Shown here piece by piece: positions 40,204 through 50,300 of a stretch of DNA of 64,000 nucleotides. The stretch's first letter is position 1; every line of letters begins with the position of its first letter. Source of the stretch: an uncultured virus (IMG/VR IMGVR_UViG_3300036945_000909) (lineage: Duplodnaviria; Heunggongvirae; Uroviricota; Caudoviricetes); IMG/VR virus record IMGVR_UViG_3300036945_000909. One strand, 5' to 3'. Position numbers and translations under genes: made by a program. Under the pieces are notes generated by a model. The model was not told the origin of the DNA and did no database searches. It worked only from the letters and a program-made list of their open reading frames with translations.

Positions 40204-40771
40204 TATATTTTACAAAGAAAGAGATTGGAACGATTTTCACTTTTATAATGCTTCGGTATTACCAGAAGTGAAGATTGTTCAACCATCTATATATCACGAA
40301 TATCGTGGTTCAATATCAACAACATATCATTCAGAATATTACGATAGATTATTACCAGCAAACGAACGTAACGAAGGATTAGAGTTTAAACACGATAGAT
40401 ACTCAAAATCAAAATTCGGTGTGTTACGTGGATTACATTACGATGAAAAGACTTGGAAGTTAGTAAGTTGTATTCATGGTAAAATTTATTTGGTAGTGTT
40501 AGATATGAGAGAACAACAACCCAATTATGGTAAATGGGAATCGTTTGTAATTTCACCCGAAACTGCAACTCAAGTTTTAATACCGCCTATGTTTGCTAAT
40601 GGCCATTTTGTAATGGAAGATGATTCGATATTCACATATAAAATGGCGTATAAGGGTGAATATAATGATGAGAATAAACAAAAAACAATTGTATTTAATG
40701 ATTCGAGATTTGGTATAGATTGGCCGGTTCAATCACCGATTCTTTCAAAAAGAGATAGAAATGGAAATTAA
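40187..40771 (+). CDS. rmlC: dTDP-4-dehydrorhamnose 3,5-epimerase family
   Basis: GVLRGLHY, KLVSCIHG.I..V.LD.R, LIPPMFANGH, GIDWP...PILSKRD. Confidence 0.9.
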   Translation: MAQGRSIFYKERDWNDFHFYNASVLPEVKIVQPSIYHEYRGSISTTYHSEYYDRLLPANERNEGLEFKHDRYSKSKFGVLRGLHYDEKTWKLVSCIHGKIYLVVLDMREQQPNYGKWESFVISPETATQVLIPPMFANGHFVMEDDSIFTYKMAYKGEYNDENKQKTIVFNDSRFGIDWPVQSPILSKRDRNGN

Positions 40772-41399
40772 AAATTTAGAATATCACAAAGATAGATGGT
40801 TGGGTGGAAGTTTAACGGCCGAACAACTAATTGAATTTGAAGATGATATTATTAAGCATTGGGAAAATGGTGAAATAACTGGTCCTATACACTTATCAAA
40901 CGGAAATGAAAATCAACTAATTGAAATTTTCAAAAAAATAGGTGCACAAGATTGGGTATTTTCAACATGGCGTTCCCATTATCATGCATTACTACATGGA
41001 GTTGAACCACAAACGTTAAAACAAAAAATATTAGATGGTAAATCAATAACAATTGTTGATAAGGCTTCTAATTTTTATTCATCTGCAATCGTAACTGGAA
41101 CTTTACCAATTGCATTGGGTGTTGCTAAATCGATTAAGTTAAAAGGTGGGGATGAAAAGGTATGGTGTTTTATTGGTGATATGAGTTTCGAAACTGGTGT
41201 ATTTTATGAAGTTCATAAATATGCAAGAAACTATGATTTACCTTTATATTTTATAGTTGAAGATAATGAAGTTTCAACCAACACCCCAACCTTAGATACA
41301 TGGGGAGGTATTCAGAGAGAAATACCAGAAGATGTAATTTATTATAAATATAAATCAAAATATCCGCATTACGGAACTGGCAAATGGGTAGTCTTTTAA
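40761..41399 (+). CDS. ThDP-dependent enzyme, E1-alpha/transketolase N-like subunit (short)
   Basis: GPIHLSNGNE, STWRSHYHAL, PIALGVA, GD(MS)...IVEDN ThDP-binding motif. Confidence 0.88.
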   Translation: MEIKNLEYHKDRWLGGSLTAEQLIEFEDDIIKHWENGEITGPIHLSNGNENQLIEIFKKIGAQDWVFSTWRSHYHALLHGVEPQTLKQKILDGKSITIVDKASNFYSSAIVTGTLPIALGVAKSIKLKGGDEKVWCFIGDMSFETGVFYEVHKYARNYDLPLYFIVEDNEVSTNTPTLDTWGGIQREIPEDVIYYKYKSKYPHYGTGKWVVF

Positions 41400-42526
41400 A
41401 TTTCGTATGGTTCAGTCATAAGTTAGAAAAAAATGGAGATGATAATACTACAATTGCAGGCCCTTTATTTTGGAATGTAGATAAAAGTAAATATTCACAC
41501 ACCTTTAATGGAGAAATACGCGAAGGATATAAAAATTTAATATTAATGGAAGGTAAATGTAGCCTTCAATCATTTTCTAATTTAGATAATGACCTAATAA
41601 ATTTTATTAATAATAATGATGTTAAATTATTAGCAGTAAGTCTTGCAGACCCATCTTCATATTCTAGTTATATCGAAACAATTGAATTTTTAAATAAAAC
41701 AATTCCTAATAAATTTATAATAATTGATAGTAATACTGCTTTGCCTGAAAAATATGTAATTGATTATTTTTTAGAAGAAGCATCATCCAAACATTCAAAA
41801 TATTTTTTATTTAAACATAAAAATGCATTGGGTTATGTGAGTGAAGATATTCAAATTAATGAATTAGATAATTTTAGAACAAAAAAATTTATATCATTTA
41901 ATAGAACTACCGATAAACACCATCGTGCACGATTACTACATGAATATCTAACTAACGATTATTCAGCTTCGTATTTTAGTTTTTTATCACCATTAGAAAC
42001 TTTGGGTGATATTGAATCAGTTGGTAGTATAATACACCGTAGAGATTTTTATAATAAACAAATTCCAATTGAATTAGATACTATGGATTGTGAAAATAAA
42101 AGTGGATTTGGCACTAACGCTACTTTTAAAAAAGATTTATTTTTAAATTCTTGTATTAATTTAGTAACGGAAACATCGTTTGATTGTAATCAATTATTCA
42201 TTTCTGAAAAAATATTAAAACCAATAATTTGCTATCAACCATTTATAGTATTTGGTCCATATCAATATTTGAAGAGGTTAAAAACGTATGGTTATAAAAC
42301 ATTTTCAGATGTTTGGGATGAGAGTTATGATGAGATTGAGGATTGGCGAGAGAGGTTAAAAGTTCTTATGGATTTAGTTAAAGGTTTAAATTCAAAATCA
42401 ATTGAAGAAATCAATGAAATATATCTAAAAACTAAAAATATATGTATATATAATAGGGAATTGTTTAATTCATTAGAGTTAGATAGTTTTCCACAAATTT
42501 TTAAAAATATAGAAAATGAATGGTAA
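41384..42526 (+). CDS. GT10-like putative glycosyltransferase, paralog 3
   Basis: FISFNR...HR; SCINLVTETS...FISEKILKPI...PFIVFG...GYKTFSDVWDESYD. Confidence 0.6.
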   Translation: MGSLLNFVWFSHKLEKNGDDNTTIAGPLFWNVDKSKYSHTFNGEIREGYKNLILMEGKCSLQSFSNLDNDLINFINNNDVKLLAVSLADPSSYSSYIETIEFLNKTIPNKFIIIDSNTALPEKYVIDYFLEEASSKHSKYFLFKHKNALGYVSEDIQINELDNFRTKKFISFNRTTDKHHRARLLHEYLTNDYSASYFSFLSPLETLGDIESVGSIIHRRDFYNKQIPIELDTMDCENKSGFGTNATFKKDLFLNSCINLVTETSFDCNQLFISEKILKPIICYQPFIVFGPYQYLKRLKTYGYKTFSDVWDESYDEIEDWRERLKVLMDLVKGLNSKSIEEINEIYLKTKNICIYNRELFNSLELDSFPQIFKNIENEW

Positions 42527-43481
42527 AAAGGTTTTAATCACAGGTGCCAACGGATTAGTTGGTAATTACATGGTTCAAAAATGTATCGATAGAGGTGCGT
42601 TTGTAACGGCAGTGGATATTCACGAACCAACAAATCAATTGGAAAAGTATAAAGATGAAAATTATCAATTCATCAAAGCTGATTTAAGAGAATTTTCAAA
42701 TTGTAAAAAAGTAGTAGAAGGACAAGATGTAATTTTTCACATCGCAGGTGTAAAGGGTTCTCCAAAAAGAGCAGCCGAACAACCTGCTGATTATTTTGTT
42801 CCAATGTTGCAATTCAATACTAATATGATGGAAGCATCAAGATTAGAAGGAGTTGAATGGTATGTATATACATCAACGGTTGGAGTATATCAACCAGCAG
42901 AAGTATTCTATGAAGATGATGTTTGGAAAACATTCCCATCAGAAAAAGATAAATATGCAGGATGGGCTAAGAGATTAGGTGAACTTCAAGCAGAAGTATA
43001 TTCAGTATCATACGATTGGAATAAAGCATCAATTGTAAGACCTGCAAACATTTATGGTAGACATGATAATTTCGGTCCAGAATCTACTGTCATTGCATCG
43101 TTAATCAAACGTTTATTTGGTGAAAAAGAACATCCATTAGTATGTTGGGGAGATGGTTCTCCAATTAGAGATTTTATCTATGCAGGAGATGTTGCAGATG
43201 GTATTATTCAATCATATGAACAAAAATTAACACAACCAATCAATTTAGGTAGTGGAACTGGTGTGACAATTAAAGAACTTGCAGAAACTCTTGTAGAAAT
43301 ATATGAAGATATGTATGGAGTTAAAGTTGGAATTGAGTGGGACCCAACTAAACCAAATGGTGATACAAAACGTTTGATGAGCACTGAAAGAGCCGAATCA
43401 TTTGGTATAAAACAACAAGTATCTCTTAAAGAGGGATTGAAAGAAACGATTGATTATTATTTAAACGAATACAAAAAATAA
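42516..43481 (+). CDS. GDP-L-fucose synthase-like SDR (atypical active site)
   Basis: TGANGLVG; RPANIYG.HDNF; WGDGSPIRDFIY; INLGSG; WDPTKPNG. Confidence 0.85.
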   Translation: MNGKKVLITGANGLVGNYMVQKCIDRGAFVTAVDIHEPTNQLEKYKDENYQFIKADLREFSNCKKVVEGQDVIFHIAGVKGSPKRAAEQPADYFVPMLQFNTNMMEASRLEGVEWYVYTSTVGVYQPAEVFYEDDVWKTFPSEKDKYAGWAKRLGELQAEVYSVSYDWNKASIVRPANIYGRHDNFGPESTVIASLIKRLFGEKEHPLVCWGDGSPIRDFIYAGDVADGIIQSYEQKLTQPINLGSGTGVTIKELAETLVEIYEDMYGVKVGIEWDPTKPNGDTKRLMSTERAESFGIKQQVSLKEGLKETIDYYLNEYKK

Positions 43482-43484
43482 GTT

Positions 43485-44477
43485 ATGAAAAAAACAGATA
43501 GAATTTTAGTCACGGGTGCAAGTGGATTTATTGGTTCACACCTTTTAAGATTATTACATCAAAAAGGTTATACTAATTTACGTGCTACTTCTCATAGTAG
43601 AGGATTGAGAAACGATTTTGAAGGATGTGAAACCATTCCATTATTTAAAGGAAACTTGCAAGATGCTAAATTTTGTGCAGAGGTTTCGGAAGATATTGAT
43701 GTAGTATTTCATTGTGCAGCAAATACATCAAACGCATTGGATACTAAATTCAACCCACTATTACACGTTACTCCAAACGTAGAGATGAATACTAATTTAA
43801 TGGAGCAAAGTTGGAAAAACAAAGTTCGTAAATTCTTATTTATATCATCAAATACAACATACCCAGATATGGGAACTGAATTTTGTAGTGAAGATGTAAA
43901 CGTTCATGCAACCCCATTATTACCTGTCTATAAAGCAGTTGGTGGTATGAAGAGATATGGTGAGATGTTATGTGATTTCTTTTCTAATCAGATTCACGAC
44001 CCAATGCAATGTTTGATTGTTAGACCTTCAAATGCATTCGGACCAAATGATAAATTTGATTTTGAAAAATGTCACGTTACACCTGCAAATATTCGTAAAG
44101 TAGCAGATGGATTAAATCCGATTCCGGTGTGGGGTGATGGAACTGAAGTTAGAGATTTACTTCACGTTGAAGATATGGCAGATGGTTTTATTTTCGTAGC
44201 AGAAAATTGTGATACATACGATATTTACAATGTGTGTTATGGCGAAGGATTTACTGTCAATGAAACTTTAAATACTATTAAAGAATTAGATGGAAACACA
44301 AATCCAATCGAATATGTGAATAACAAAGCACCAATGATTCCAATCAGATTACTTTCTTCTAAGAAGATTAATCAATTAGGTTGGAAACCAAAAAGAGATT
44401 TAACACAGGCGTTAAAAGAAACGATTGAGTGGTATAAAGCAAACAAACATTTATACAACCCAGATTCTCGTCCATAA
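43485..44477 (+). CDS. GDP-L-fucose synthase-like SDR, second copy (atypical active site)
   Basis: TGASGFIG; RPSNAFGPNDKF...HV; VWGDGTEVRD. Confidence 0.85.
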   Translation: MKKTDRILVTGASGFIGSHLLRLLHQKGYTNLRATSHSRGLRNDFEGCETIPLFKGNLQDAKFCAEVSEDIDVVFHCAANTSNALDTKFNPLLHVTPNVEMNTNLMEQSWKNKVRKFLFISSNTTYPDMGTEFCSEDVNVHATPLLPVYKAVGGMKRYGEMLCDFFSNQIHDPMQCLIVRPSNAFGPNDKFDFEKCHVTPANIRKVADGLNPIPVWGDGTEVRDLLHVEDMADGFIFVAENCDTYDIYNVCYGEGFTVNETLNTIKELDGNTNPIEYVNNKAPMIPIRLLSSKKINQLGWKPKRDLTQALKETIEWYKANKHLYNPDSRP

Positions 44478-44488
44478 ATAAAAATTGA

Positions 44489-45256
44489 ATGAGTTATAAT
44501 AAAATATATTCAGGTGGTTCAAGTTTCAGTTGTGCAGGCGGGTTAAATTGGGATGAAGTTCAAAATTTATATAATGATATTCATAATATTAAAATAGATA
44601 AACATATTGATTTTGCATATCCTAATTTAATATCAAAAAAGAATGATGTATCAATAGTAAATGATTCAATTCCCGGTGGTTCTGCAAATAGAATGATTAG
44701 AAAAACCTTTGATTATATACATAACCATCAATTAGAATCTAAAACAACTTTATTTTTATTAGAAATACCTCCCATGTGGCGAGATGAGTTTTATTCAAAT
44801 GATTTTGATAAAATGTTTAACATCACATGGGGAGTATTAAAAAATTCAGATGATAATACAGATGTTGCAAATGGGTATGATAAGTCTGAATCGTTATTAA
44901 TAAAAAACGATTTAAGAGATTACTTTTCAAAATTTATCAATGTAGATTTTGAGATTAAAAAAACCATGAATAATATACTTGGATTATTATCATATTTAAA
45001 ATTAAATAATATTCAATATGTGTTGCTAAACGGATTTGAATTTTATACATTCTTACTAAAAAATAATTTAAAATTAGATTATAATTTTTATTGGATAGAT
45101 GGGAGTATTGAACCAATTAATATTTCATTCATCAATAAAAATTTAACAATAACACACGAATTAAACGATATTTATACTGATAATCATTTGGGTTATTTTG
45201 GAAATGAATACGTAGCAAATAATTTAAATGAATTTATAAAAAAAACTATAAAATGA
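44489..45256 (+). CDS. SGNH/GDSL-like hydrolase or acyltransferase
   Basis: N-terminal GSSFS (block I), PGGS (block II), C-terminal DNHL..GN...A (DxH block V). Confidence 0.6.
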   Translation: MSYNKIYSGGSSFSCAGGLNWDEVQNLYNDIHNIKIDKHIDFAYPNLISKKNDVSIVNDSIPGGSANRMIRKTFDYIHNHQLESKTTLFLLEIPPMWRDEFYSNDFDKMFNITWGVLKNSDDNTDVANGYDKSESLLIKNDLRDYFSKFINVDFEIKKTMNNILGLLSYLKLNNIQYVLLNGFEFYTFLLKNNLKLDYNFYWIDGSIEPINISFINKNLTITHELNDIYTDNHLGYFGNEYVANNLNEFIKKTIK

Positions 45257-45801
45257 GTGCAGCACAATCCACACCTTACTTAGATGCATTAACTGAAGCA
45301 ATGAAATTAACGATGGAAGACCCATCTACTATTTTTATTGGTCAACAAATTGTGTATTATGGAAATCCGATGAGTAAAACAATCGAAGGATTACCAAAAG
45401 AACGAATGATTGAAACTCCTGTAATGGAAGAAACTCAAATGGGAATGAGTGTTGGATTAGCTATGGCAGGTCATAGAGTTGTATCATTTTATCCTCGTTG
45501 GGATTTTCTTATTTGTGCATCCAATCAACTGATAAACCATTTAGATAAATTGGAAGTAATGTCTGATGGTGAATATTGTCCAAATGTAATTATTAGAGTT
45601 GGAAAGGGTGCAGATAAACCACTTGATCCAGGACATCAACATAAAGCAGATTATTCAGACCAGTTCGCATCGATGCTACAACATATTCCGGTTATTAAAT
45701 TAGATTCTGCAGATAAGATATTACCTGCATATAAACAAGCATTAAATTCAAACGGACCAATTATATTAGTTGAATATCCAGAAATGTATTATGAGAATTA
45801 A
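45253..45801 (+). CDS. ThDP-dependent enzyme, E1-beta/transketolase pyrimidine-binding subunit (lacks C-terminal domain)
   Basis: ERMIETPVMEE.QMG..VGLAMAG, DFL..A.NQLINH, GHQH, GPIILVE. Confidence 0.88.
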   Translation: MSAAQSTPYLDALTEAMKLTMEDPSTIFIGQQIVYYGNPMSKTIEGLPKERMIETPVMEETQMGMSVGLAMAGHRVVSFYPRWDFLICASNQLINHLDKLEVMSDGEYCPNVIIRVGKGADKPLDPGHQHKADYSDQFASMLQHIPVIKLDSADKILPAYKQALNSNGPIILVEYPEMYYEN

Positions 45802-47254
45802 AAAGGTATTTGACGTTCAGGGACCACATGGATTCGTTCCAAATGGATGGAATTATAAATACACCAATGATATGTGGGATTATAATTTCATAGTTACTCA
45901 TGAAACTATTGCTGCATTTAACAAAAACTATGAACAATTATCTGTTTACGAATGTAATTTAAATATTTCAACTCATAATATTGATAATCGACATATATCA
46001 GAATTAGCATTTAATCCATCTGATTCAAAAGTATATGAAAATGGTGAATCTGGTTTAGTAGTATATACAATACATCCATTTGGAAGTATTGATACTTGTT
46101 TGGGCAATAACCTAAATTACCATCAAAATACACATTGTTTCGATTTTATTTCAGAACAATCAAAAGAATATATTCGTAAAGCTTCAAATTACTATTTAAT
46201 TTTTGATTATAGTAGTGAAGGGGATATAAAACCTGAATTATTTGAAACTCTTCATTCAAAATGTATTGAATTAAACATTCCACCAAAAAAGGTTTTAGTA
46301 ATAACATCATCAATGAACACACGTGATTTGTATGATATGTATTTAAAAGATAATCCTACTACGGAACAATTTTATACTGCATATTATTGCTGGCCCATTT
46401 TACCAAAAAGTGGTGAAACAAGAGATATAATTCAAAACCGCGATGTAATTGAATTTAATGGCAATTCGAATGTAAATTCATTAATGAGTTCTGATGAATT
46501 TAAAAATGCAACAAATCGAAATAAGAAAGCATTAATTTTCAATAGAAGAGTTGCATCACATAGAGTAATACTTTTAAGTTTATTACATAATGATAATTTA
46601 ATAGATAATGTAGATTATTCAATTGATTTATCATTATCAGTAATAAAAAATTTAGGATTGGATTTGGCACATGACACTGGTCATAACGGAGAACCTTATC
46701 TAAAAAATGATAAAGTAAAAAGTAATATGATAAATGGATTTTTTAAATTAAACAAAATTAATAAAAAAACCATTGATTACGAAGATATAAATGGAGTATG
46801 GGGATTCGGATTTGAGAATAAAACAAATTATTTAAATACTTATTTTAGTGTAATAACCGAAACTATATTTTATGAATATGGAAATTATATTTCAGAAAAA
46901 TCGTTTAAAGGATTTGCACATTTACATCCATTTGTCATAGTTGGTAAACCGGGAATATTAAAATATTTAAAATCAAAAGGATTTAAAACATTTTCAGATT
47001 TTTGGGATGAGAGTTATGATGAAATTGAAGATAATTCTGATAGAATGGAATCGGTATATAAAACCATAAAATCATTAATTGAAAAAACAAATGAAGAATG
47101 GGATGAATTAAATACCAAATTATTACCAATATTAGAACATAATCGAAATACTTTAATAACAATTAAAGAAACGGAAGTAAATACAACATATATTAATAAC
47201 CTTTATAATTTATTTAATGATGAACCTAATACAGAAAATTTTTACTTATTTTAA
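45791..47254 (+). CDS. GT10-like putative glycosyltransferase, paralog 4
   Basis: LIFNRR..SHR; TYFSVITET...YISEKSFK...HPFVIVG...GFKTFSDFWDESYD; ATG 45791 preferred over TTG 45770. Confidence 0.6.
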   Translation: MRIKKVFDVQGPHGFVPNGWNYKYTNDMWDYNFIVTHETIAAFNKNYEQLSVYECNLNISTHNIDNRHISELAFNPSDSKVYENGESGLVVYTIHPFGSIDTCLGNNLNYHQNTHCFDFISEQSKEYIRKASNYYLIFDYSSEGDIKPELFETLHSKCIELNIPPKKVLVITSSMNTRDLYDMYLKDNPTTEQFYTAYYCWPILPKSGETRDIIQNRDVIEFNGNSNVNSLMSSDEFKNATNRNKKALIFNRRVASHRVILLSLLHNDNLIDNVDYSIDLSLSVIKNLGLDLAHDTGHNGEPYLKNDKVKSNMINGFFKLNKINKKTIDYEDINGVWGFGFENKTNYLNTYFSVITETIFYEYGNYISEKSFKGFAHLHPFVIVGKPGILKYLKSKGFKTFSDFWDESYDEIEDNSDRMESVYKTIKSLIEKTNEEWDELNTKLLPILEHNRNTLITIKETEVNTTYINNLYNLFNDEPNTENFYLF

Positions 47255-47348
47255 GAATAAGAAAGTCGAAAAACAAAGAAAAGAATTATATAAAAAGAAA
47301 TTGGAAGAACTTAGAAAACGTGACCCGTTTGTCTATAAAAATCACTAA
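47217..47348 (+). CDS. Small basic protein, 43 aa, ending ...LEELRKRDPFVYK (not in ORF track)
   Basis: MMNLIQKIFTYFKNKKVEKQRKELYKKKLEELRKRDPFVYKNH; overlaps the previous stop and fills the gap up to the next promoter. Confidence 0.65.
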   Translation: MMNLIQKIFTYFKNKKVEKQRKELYKKKLEELRKRDPFVYKNH

Positions 47349-47363
47349 TTCTAATCTTTATCA

Positions 47364-47371
47364 TATTTATA
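47364..47371 (+). promoter_or_regulatory. Putative late promoter TATTTATA
   Basis: Upstream of GAGGT and ATG 47395. Confidence 0.7.
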
Positions 47372-47394
47372 TACTCGACGAGGTATATTAAAAT

Positions 47395-50300
47395 ATGAGC
47401 ACATTATCTACATTTTTAGCAGAACAAATATTATTAGAGGAATCTACTCCCATAAAAAAGACAGTTGTCGTTTATGTGGGTAGATTTCAACCATTTCATA
47501 AAGGCCATTACGCAACGTATTCAAATCTTGTAAAAAAGTTTGGAAAAGATAGTGTATATATCGGAACATCTAATAAAACCGAAAAGCCAAAATCACCCTT
47601 TAATTTTAGAGAAAAAAAACAAATAATGACAACTATGTTTGGCATTCCATCAAACAAAATAGTTGAAGTTAAAAATCCATATGCTCCAACGGAAATACTT
47701 AAAAATTTCGATGAGGAAACAACTGCATTTGTAACGGTAGTTGGTGAAAAGGATAGTAGTAGATTGGGTGGTAAGTATTTTGCTAAATGGGATGGACATC
47801 CAACTGAAGGATATAAAACCAAAGGATATGTGTATGTTTCACCTGCATTAAGTTCAATTAGTGGAACTGATGTGAGAATCGGATTAAGTAATGGCTCAGA
47901 AGATCAAAAACAAAACTTCTTTACCGATACTGCATATCCAAAATTCAATAAACAAATATTTAAATTAATTTCAGATAAATTAACAGAAGCAATAACCTTA
48001 CCGGTTGAAGTAGGTGATACTCTTTTGATGGGTAAATTTAAGAACAAAAAAGTTGTTGTTAAAACCATTGGAACTGATGAACATGGTATGCCAACTATTA
48101 ATGGTAAAAAAGTAGTGACATTTAGAATGATTAAAGAAGGAACACAGATATTTTTTGAAGATGAGAATGAAGATGCTAAATATACTCATATTGGGTATGG
48201 TAGATACAAATTAAAAGGTAAGGAAGATGATGATAAATCCCCTACGTTTACCAAAGATGATAGTGGTAAGTATATTCAATCACAAACTCAAACAAACGAA
48301 CCTAAACAAGATACTCCGCAGGGAACTGCAGTTAAAGGGGCAAAGATGTTCGCTCATGATCCAAATGTTAAACAACCAACAACTACCGAACCAACTAATA
48401 AAGATTGGACTGATGGTAAGGATGGGTGGGAAATATTAGATGACCCTAGATCAAAAGTAAAAAACATTAGAAAATACACCGATGAAGAACTTCAAGGTGA
48501 AACTAGTGAATATTTTGATAATGAAGTGACTAAAAAAGTTGCACCAAATGCATTTACCGATGAATCTGATATGATTCAACAAATTAAAGATGCAAAACCG
48601 GTTTATTTATCATCTGAAGAAATGCAAAATATGAATAACTCTGATATGGGTGATATTCTATCTGCAAGTAAAAATGGTGGTAAGGATGCAATGTTAAAAT
48701 TGGGTAAAGAACGTGCTATTAAATATGGTAAAGATTGGGATAGATTAGAGAAAGGTATTGCAAAAGGAAATGCAGTTCCATCTCCAATTGTATTAAAAGA
48801 CAACTCAGGCCAATTACATTTATTAGCAGGAAATACTCGTTTAATGTCATTTACTGCAAGTGGTAAAAAATTACCCGTAAAAATTATTAATTACGATGGT
48901 GATTTCCAATACGAAAATTCTGATTCTAAAAAAACTGATGTAAGTAAATACAGCATTACAAATTTAAAAAGAAAAATTAGTGGTTGGGCTGAAAAAGAAA
49001 AAGAATTCTTTACTAAAAATCAACAAAGACCAAATTCCGAAGTTCGTAGAACTATTGGTGAAATGATTGCCGATAAAACTAAAGGAGCAATTCAAGCAAT
49101 TAAAAAGATTGCACAACACGAAATTAAAGAATTTAAAGAGGCAGGAGTTGGTGCAACAAAATTCTTCAAAGGAGAAAAATTAACCGATGAAGATAAAAAG
49201 GCTTTAAAAGCAATTGCTATAAAAGTAGCCACAACTGCTCTATTTGGAGCAGTGACAGGTGGAGCATCACATGGAGCACTTGCATTTGGAAAACACGTTG
49301 CAATTGAATTAATTCCCCACGTAGTTGGTGAAACTATTTTGAAGGGAATAGGCAAGGCTGCGATATTTGCAGGTGTAGATGAAGAAAACGAAGAAATGTA
49401 TTTACAGAAATTTGGTGAATTGATTGCTAAAAATATGCAAGAAATGAAAATACCAAGTGATATTCTTCAAAAATCAATTATGACTTACGAAAGTGAAGGT
49501 GAGAAAGAAGAACAATCAGTTAGTGAAAAATATCTAAGTGATTTCAGTAAAGTTGTTAAGGAAATGATTGATGAAGAGTTGGAAATCCAACAAAATGAAA
49601 TGAGTAAGTCACAATTAAATCAGGTTGAAAAATACGCAGAGAAACAATTATCACCCGAAGATATTGAATTTACAAATCATTTCTTTGATAGAGTTAATGA
49701 TGCTAGAAATGGAAAAGAAATTTCGGATGCAGAATTGACTGGGTTTTTCAAAAGATTAGCACGTCATAAAAAGGAATTTAAAGAATTCTTAGAAAAGTTC
49801 CATCAGATTGTTGTTAAAGATAAAAGAAACGATATAAATATTCCATTTGTTAAACAATCCAACCATATCATTGCTAAAACGGTAATGAGAAAGGGTGATT
49901 TCAAATCAACAAATCAAACTTTAACAATTGAAGATAAAATTCCTGGTGGCAAATCTACTGGTATGAATTTATATGATATAGCAAATTATCATAATTGTGA
50001 TATTGATGAATTATCAAATCAATTACAGATTGGTATTAAAGTAGAAATGGAACACACTTCAGATAGAAAAATTGCTGAAGAAATTGCAATGGATCATTTA
50101 TATGAAGACCCTAAGTATTATACTAAACTTGCTACTATTGAAACTGAAGATACTATATCTGAAATCAGTGCAATGGGGGGTTCGTTCCAAAACGATGGAA
50201 ACGCAACAACTGGTAATTCATGGAATGATGATTGGAGTGATTATGATACTCAAGATTACTATTTAGATAATTTAGAAGGTTGGACAACATATAGTGATAA

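Noticed and set aside
40761..45801. Pyruvate dehydrogenase E1 alpha/beta as a central-metabolism auxiliary gene
   Set aside because: The subunits are truncated, no E2/E3 is present, and the context is nucleotide-sugar enzymes.
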